Below, one piece after another: positions 55,801-60,861 of a DNA stretch of 60,861 nucleotides (position 1 is the first letter of the stretch; each line of letters begins with the position of its first letter). The stretch lies in IMG/VR virus record IMGVR_UViG_3300008107_000009. One strand, 5' to 3'. Below the pieces are notes generated by a model. That model did not search any database and had not been told where the DNA came from. It saw nothing but the letters and a program-made list of their open reading frames with translations. This stretch comes from an uncultured virus (IMG/VR IMGVR_UViG_3300008107_000009). Taxonomy: Duplodnaviria; Heunggongvirae; Uroviricota; Caudoviricetes. Made by a program: the position numbers and the translations under genes.

Positions 55801-55832
55801 AATGTATATATGAAAGTAAATTAAGGAAGTTT

Positions 55833-56255
55833 CTAGAGCTTATCCTTTTGTATCAATTGCTCGTGAACCTTTCCGAGAGAAGATGTTAGCTTATCTACCA
55901 TTTTTTTGTCAGCAGATCTTTTTCTAGACTCAAGATGGTTTAAATATTTTTTAGAAAAGTCAAAAAGTATGACTTCGTTAACACTGATGTTATAAGAATA
56001 AAGCCCATTTGTTATCACGATGCTTTCTTTTTCTATTTTACATGTAACATCTCGCAATTCCATGTACATGGAATGTGAAAGAGCAGAATAAATAAATTTT
56101 GTGTCTGGGTGTGACATTATATAATTTGCAATCTCAATTATTTTAGATTGATTGCTATAAAGAGTTTTAAAAGCAGATTTGAGGTCCTTACTTCTTCTTT
56201 TAGAAATATATCTTTTGATCTTGAACCAGATCCTGCCTTTCAATTTGGTAAACAT
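55833..56255 (-). CDS. Hypothetical protein
   Basis: 140-aa basic ORF. Confidence 0.65.
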   Translation of the reverse strand: MFTKLKGRIWFKIKRYISKRRSKDLKSAFKTLYSNQSKIIEIANYIMSHPDTKFIYSALSHSMYMELRDVTCKIEKESIVITNGLYSYNISVNEVILFDFSKKYLNHLESRKRSADKKMVDKLTSSLGKVHEQLIQKDKL

Positions 56256-56258
56256 GTT

Positions 56259-56756
56259 TTATTTGGTTAGCAAGTATTGTAAAACTTCATTCCACGTTGG
56301 GAATTTTTCGGTTCTAAAGTGGATATGCTCTCCTTCAAAATCTGCAACACCATTAGCTACACGGTCATCTATCAAATATTCACCTCTTAGCAATCCCTTA
56401 TTATGAGAAAGTATTAATTTTTTATTGGCACTTTTTCCTAGATATTTCTGAACCCAAACCCTTTTATCTGTCCAGGCTTCCACATTTGACCACATAGCAG
56501 TAGAAAGAATGTATGCATCATATTTTTCTTGCAAAGCGTGCCATGCTTCTATTGCCCCAGGGATTGGATCCAAATCTTTAAAAGCAAGGGTATGGTTGAA
56601 AGCTTGATATTGCTTGATTCCTCTGGCTGATAGCTCTTCCTGTCTTTTATCGAAATCACAGAGAACCCCGTCCATATCAATATAAAGAACAGGCTTTCCT
56701 GTTTTTAAAGAAGCCCTTAGATAGCTAGGGGGTTTTTTATTATTTTCCTCTGTCAT
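56259..56756 (-). CDS. HAD-family 5'(3')-deoxyribonucleotidase (NT5C-like)
   Basis: YIDMDGVLCDF, PIPGAIEA, K..W and LIDDR. Confidence 0.9.
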   Translation of the reverse strand: MTEENNKKPPSYLRASLKTGKPVLYIDMDGVLCDFDKRQEELSARGIKQYQAFNHTLAFKDLDPIPGAIEAWHALQEKYDAYILSTAMWSNVEAWTDKRVWVQKYLGKSANKKLILSHNKGLLRGEYLIDDRVANGVADFEGEHIHFRTEKFPTWNEVLQYLLTK

Positions 56757-56841
56757 TTCCTGATTTTTTAGTAAAAAATAAAAGTTGTCTAATTATTAGT
56801 GTAAATCTAACAGGAAATTTCAGGAAATAAAAATGCAATTC

Positions 56842-57618
56842 CTACTTGGAAAGTAGGTATTTTTCACTTTTGAATGCGTGCAAGGAGGTGATATGCATGG
56901 TAAACATACCAGGTTTAACATCTTTCCAGAAAGAATCCCTTTCCCTTAGTCTTTCAAGAAGCCAAAGTACTTTTCTGCAACACAGATAAATGTCATCTCT
57001 AAAGTGTCTGAAGAAATCACAGGATCTTATATAGTAAACAACATGCATGTATCCATGCCTCATGATAAAGTGATATCCAATAGTACAAGGAACTCTTTCT
57101 CCGTTTGCACCCCCAGTATCCTCTGGGAACCAAATTGGAAGAAAGGCCTGTCTAGTTGATGGCTCCTTTTCTAAAAGATCCACTACCATATTAAAATCAC
57201 CATACTCGAATCTAATTCCCTCCATTAAATGATTGGGATCATCCTTAGCGTATCTAGGCCATATTCTTTCAGGATATGTATGGGAAAATTTAGTGGTTCC
57301 CCCGAATTCTTGATTGTTCTTCTGTGCGAAAGGCCACCAGTTATGAGAAGGAGGAGGATTTAAGGGTTTACCCCCGACTCTTTCTAGAAAATGATCATCA
57401 GCCCAAGGGAGATTTGGCTTTATTTGGCTAACCAATTCATCTAAATCCTCCACCATTGTGCAGGAGAAAGAATGATTGAGAATTTCAATCATAGTGAATC
57501 TTAGGTCCTCCTTAATTCTCTTGCCTTGCCACTTTTCTGTGTGAACCTCATAGCAATAATCAGACATTTTAGATTTTGTCCAATCAATTGCAGCGCTAAA
57601 TTTCCCGAAAGTCTTCAT
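56842..57618 (-). CDS. Thymidylate-synthase-family pyrimidine-modifying enzyme (dCMP-type signature)
   Basis: STRQA, RVPCT (catalytic Cys), YIRSCDFFRHFRDD and SLHAF. Confidence 0.8.
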   Translation of the reverse strand: MKTFGKFSAAIDWTKSKMSDYCYEVHTEKWQGKRIKEDLRFTMIEILNHSFSCTMVEDLDELVSQIKPNLPWADDHFLERVGGKPLNPPPSHNWWPFAQKNNQEFGGTTKFSHTYPERIWPRYAKDDPNHLMEGIRFEYGDFNMVVDLLEKEPSTRQAFLPIWFPEDTGGANGERVPCTIGYHFIMRHGYMHVVYYIRSCDFFRHFRDDIYLCCRKVLWLLERLRERDSFWKDVKPGMFTMHITSLHAFKSEKYLLSK

Positions 57619-57699
57619 TATCGTGTTTATATGATCATTTTATGAGAAATTTCCAAAAATATTTCAGATGTGGGCTTTATTTTTTTGATATATAAAAAA

Positions 57700-58521
57700 A
57701 TGAAAAGAATCTTAGACTTTACTGGGTTTATCAACGAAGGATTTATAGGAACGCATTCCGCTTTTATATTTGTTCCTGTTGATAAAAACTTCAAATCAGT
57801 GGATAAAAATCTATCAACCTCCGATACCAAATTTCCTTCGGAACTTTTAGGAACTGGCGGGGTAGCTGGATATGTATTGGTTCCATGTACTGTGGAAACC
57901 TCCCAATTTATTAATAGCCCGCATTTTAAATCAGAAACTCCAGAAGTTAAGGGAGGTATTTCATATAGTAGAAGCGCAAATCAGGATGGATATACGGTAA
58001 TGAATTCTCCAGCTGATATGGTGTCGGGATCACTAACAGGAAAGGCTTCAATTTTTTCTGAGATCCCTGGATTTGGTCAAAATGTTGCTTTTTATTTTAA
58101 ATCTGGTAACGCATTGATACTTGAAATTCTAATGAAAAAACAAGGATGGGACGAAGAAGTAGTAAAGAACATCAGAAAAAAAATTGCAAACGGATTCGAA
58201 ACTAACAAGGCTTTACAATTCTCATTTTATGGAGGAATGGATTTCCAGATAGAAACAATTAAAAAACTTTTTGCGGCATCTTCCGAGGACATCGGTTTAA
58301 AATTTGCAAATCCCAAAGAGATGCAGGAACCGGAATTTGATGTAACTCAGGAATTATTAGATCTCTTTAATCAAAAGCCCGGAGACTTTGTTGCATTAAA
58401 TTTCTCAGAAGGTGTTTTTGATATGATTTCAAATCTTGCAAAAGAAAAAGGAACAGAAAACGTAGCACAAACTATAGACAATCTTGGCGATCTCAAATCA
58501 GCAGGATTTTTCGAGGATTAA
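57700..58521 (+). CDS. Hypothetical late protein with capsid-targeting-like N-terminus
   Basis: MKRILDFTGFINEG. GATATATA at 57687-57694 supports a start at ATG 57700. Confidence 0.7.
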   Translation: MKRILDFTGFINEGFIGTHSAFIFVPVDKNFKSVDKNLSTSDTKFPSELLGTGGVAGYVLVPCTVETSQFINSPHFKSETPEVKGGISYSRSANQDGYTVMNSPADMVSGSLTGKASIFSEIPGFGQNVAFYFKSGNALILEILMKKQGWDEEVVKNIRKKIANGFETNKALQFSFYGGMDFQIETIKKLFAASSEDIGLKFANPKEMQEPEFDVTQELLDLFNQKPGDFVALNFSEGVFDMISNLAKEKGTENVAQTIDNLGDLKSAGFFED

Positions 58522-58535
58522 AAAAAAATAAAAAA

Positions 58536-60104
58536 ATGAAAAGAATCAAAGGATTTCAAGAGTTTAATAGACTTAATGAAGCTGGGATATTTTCCAGGGG
58601 AGCAGAATTACTAAAAAAAGCAGGAAACTGGCTAATGAATTTAATCCGTGCAGAAAAGGAAGGGGAAATTCCAGTTAGAGACAAAAAATACAATCCGGAG
58701 ACTGGAAGGTTCGAACAATTCAAAGACGCAAATGGTAATATAGCAAAAGCACGGAGTGTTGTAAAGGTTTACCTTCCAGAGGGTGATGCTGGCAGTTCGT
58801 ATAACTTTAGATCCGGATCGATTTCTTCAATTAAAGAATCTGATGATCCATCTTGGAAAACTGCTCAAAAGACCCAAGACTCTCAAATAACTGACGTTGA
58901 TGCTGATCAGTTAACGGGGGAACTATCATATCACTTCCAGAAACCAGAAACTGGTAGACCATTATTAATTTGGGGAGCACCAGGAATTGGTAAAACCTCC
59001 GTGGTAAAATCTTTTGGGACTAAGGGAATGGGTGTTCCTGTTATCGAGGTAATTCTAAGTTTAATGGAACCGACGGATGTTGCCGGATTACCTGGTGCTG
59101 AAAAGGATGTAGATTACGACGTAAAAAGATCAGTAAATTATTTACCAATGATTTGGCCTTTAGATAACGGAGACCGAGAAATCAAGAGGGAAGATGGCAC
59201 TATAGAAAAAATCGAGGGGAAGGGTGGAATTATATTCTTAGACGAGATTAACAGAGCACACCCATCGGTTCAAGCGGCAATGCTCAAAGTTGTTTTGGAC
59301 AGAGAAATCACAAGTGCTAATTATAAAATTCCTAGCAAATGGCTAATTCTAGCTGCAGCAAATAGACCGGAGGATGAACCAGGATCTATGATTAAACCAA
59401 TGAGCTTCGCACTAGCCAATAGATTTGCTCAAGTCAATTTTATTTCCGATCCTGTATCTTGGACAAAATGGGCAAGGGGAAGAAAAGAAGCAGATCTAAG
59501 CGACGAGGTTATAGCATTTGTAGAACTTATGCAGGATTATTTCTATGTTTTACCTAGCGGATTAGTTGGAGGAGATATTGAAACTACAATGGGTGTTACA
59601 CCAAGAGCATGGGAATATGCTGCTAGAGAATATAAAGAAAGGAGAGACGCACAAAAAGAAAAAGGAGGGGATATCTCAGCAGAAACTACCAGACTTATCT
59701 TCGATAAACACATTGGTAAAAAAGTATCATCAATTATTACAGATTTCCTTGAAACGATGAAGGTTTGGCCAGTTAATAGAATAGAAAAGATATTTACGGA
59801 TCCTAGCGATGAAACAGTAAAACTTCCAATGAGTTCTAATACTGGAAGAGTTGATCTGAGAAAAGGCTATAGCATCATGTACTTAGCATCCAAATACAAA
59901 AACGGACAACAGTTAACAAAAGATGAATTCACTAATTTTATAACATATCTAACAGATTTAAACACAGGAGAATTAGCTATGAGTGCATTAAACATGGCAA
60001 AAAGAACTCATCCGGAAATCAAAAACTATTTGGGTGATACCTCTCTAGAACAATATGTAACACCATTTGTGAACAGATATAGATCTTTAATGAAAGAAAT
60101 CTAG
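58536..60104 (+). CDS. MoxR/AAA_5-like ATPase with capsid-targeting-like N-terminus
   Basis: WGAPGIGKT, EPTDVAGLP, IFLDEINRA, AAANRPED, ALANRF and TPRAWE; N-terminus MKRIKGFQEFNRLNE. Confidence 0.9.
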   Translation: MKRIKGFQEFNRLNEAGIFSRGAELLKKAGNWLMNLIRAEKEGEIPVRDKKYNPETGRFEQFKDANGNIAKARSVVKVYLPEGDAGSSYNFRSGSISSIKESDDPSWKTAQKTQDSQITDVDADQLTGELSYHFQKPETGRPLLIWGAPGIGKTSVVKSFGTKGMGVPVIEVILSLMEPTDVAGLPGAEKDVDYDVKRSVNYLPMIWPLDNGDREIKREDGTIEKIEGKGGIIFLDEINRAHPSVQAAMLKVVLDREITSANYKIPSKWLILAAANRPEDEPGSMIKPMSFALANRFAQVNFISDPVSWTKWARGRKEADLSDEVIAFVELMQDYFYVLPSGLVGGDIETTMGVTPRAWEYAAREYKERRDAQKEKGGDISAETTRLIFDKHIGKKVSSIITDFLETMKVWPVNRIEKIFTDPSDETVKLPMSSNTGRVDLRKGYSIMYLASKYKNGQQLTKDEFTNFITYLTDLNTGELAMSALNMAKRTHPEIKNYLGDTSLEQYVTPFVNRYRSLMKEI

Positions 60105-60105
60105 A

Positions 60106-60861
60106 ATGAGAAAAATTAGAAACTTTGCAGAATATGGTATTCTGTTAGAAAATTCATCAAGTTACGGAATTAGTGAGCAGGACTATGAAAGAGCAGTCAT
60201 GCGAGTTAGAAGATCGGTTTCAAAAATCTTAATGAAAGAGGGATTATTCGGGAGGGTTCTTGCTGAAATCCCAGTAGGAGTTTCTGATGAATGCGAATAT
60301 TTTTCAACTGATGGCACCATATTCATATTTAATCCTAAAAATGTTATAGATCTTTCTGAAGACGAAATAATCTGGGCTATTAGCCAAGGAATTTCTCATC
60401 TTGCTTTAGATCACTATGATAGGATCGGAAGTAAAGATACTAATATCTGGAACGCAGCATGTGACATGGCAGCTGAAGCTTTTTTAGATGGTATTGGAAA
60501 ATCAAAGCTTCCTACTACCATGCAATCTTCAAAATTCCAGGATCTCTCTGCTGAAGAAATCTATGACCAGATAAAATCTGGTAGATTAAAAATAGACCCT
60601 TTCTTTAAATCATATTGTGACGTTTTTGAGCCGGGAGCTATAGATCATGATCAAGTTACTGAAACTGTTCTTGGGGAGAAAGATTCAATCACTAAGGATG
60701 CGGAAGAACCCCAAGAGGAAACCCCCGAAATTGATGATAACCAACCGGGAGAAGGTGAAGGAGAGGGAGAAGGCGAGGGAGAAGGCGAGGGAGAAGGCGA
60801 GGGAGAAGGCGAAGGAGAAGGCGAAGGAGAAGGCGAAGGAGAAGGCGAGGGAGAAGGCGAG
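60106..60861 (+). CDS. DUF2201-like metallopeptidase-fold protein (usual vWA partner of the AAA ATPase), HExxH degenerate; runs off the window edge
   Basis: Not in the ORF track. My translation gives MRKIRNFAEYGILLE...FSTDGTIFIFNP...EIIWAISQGISHLALDHYDR...IWNAACD...LSAEEIYD followed by (GE)n. Confidence 0.8.
   Translation, partial: MRKIRNFAEYGILLENSSSYGISEQDYERAVMRVRRSVSKILMKEGLFGRVLAEIPVGVSDECEYFSTDGTIFIFNPKNVIDLSEDEIIWAISQGISHLALDHYDRIGSKDTNIWNAACDMAAEAFLDGIGKSKLPTTMQSSKFQDLSAEEIYDQIKSGRLKIDPFFKSYCDVFEPGAIDHDQVTETVLGEKDSITKDAEEPQEETPEIDDNQPGEGEGEGEGEGEGEGEGEGEGEGEGEGEGEGEGEGEGE
60748..60861 (+). repeat. (Gly-Glu)n coding microsatellite (gaaggc/gaggga units)
   Basis: Direct 6-bp and 12-bp repeats continuing to the window end. 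Confidence 0.9.

Noticed and set aside
1..60861. Stop-codon reassignment, as found in some large phages
   Set aside because: Core genes are full length in the standard code, and TAA, TAG and TGA all occur as genuine gene ends.

Overview
This is a 61-kb, AT-rich, gene-dense segment of a T4-related (myovirus-type) large or jumbo phage genome, read in the standard genetic code and mostly on the minus strand. It carries the morphogenesis core: prohead protease, two tandem full-length portal paralogs, gp2/gp4-like head completion proteins, terminase, neck and gp15-like proteins, tail sheath, two tail-tube paralogs, gp26/gp51-like proteins and Gly-Ser/Thr collagen-like fibres. It also carries replication, recombination and repair genes (ligase, clamp loader, 5'-3' exonuclease, helicase, UvsX, gp46/47, a NEIL1-like glycosylase, a degenerate UvsE), nucleotide-metabolism genes and two sigma factors (gp55-like and ECF-like). 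Promoter motifs (TAnnTTTR) and a Bacteroidota-style lipoprotein point to a Bacteroidota host (inference). The main structure found beyond the ORF track is: (1) a -1 frameshift cassette (A AAA AAG plus hairpin) that extends a 758-aa head protein by 80 aa; (2) three recurring promoter classes; (3) hairpins that bury the start regions of late genes in read-through RNA; (4) a probable scaffold gene nested in the protease gene; (5) a T4 capsid-targeting-like N-terminal tag on several enzymes, including an AAA ATPase paired with a catalytically degenerate DUF2201-like peptidase; (6) a fibre domain split across two genes; (7) a thymidylate-synthase homolog with a dCMP-type specificity residue; (8) a structured 5' leader. 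No tRNA, rRNA, CRISPR array or mobile element was recognised. All protein identifications are from motifs read by eye, not from database searches.
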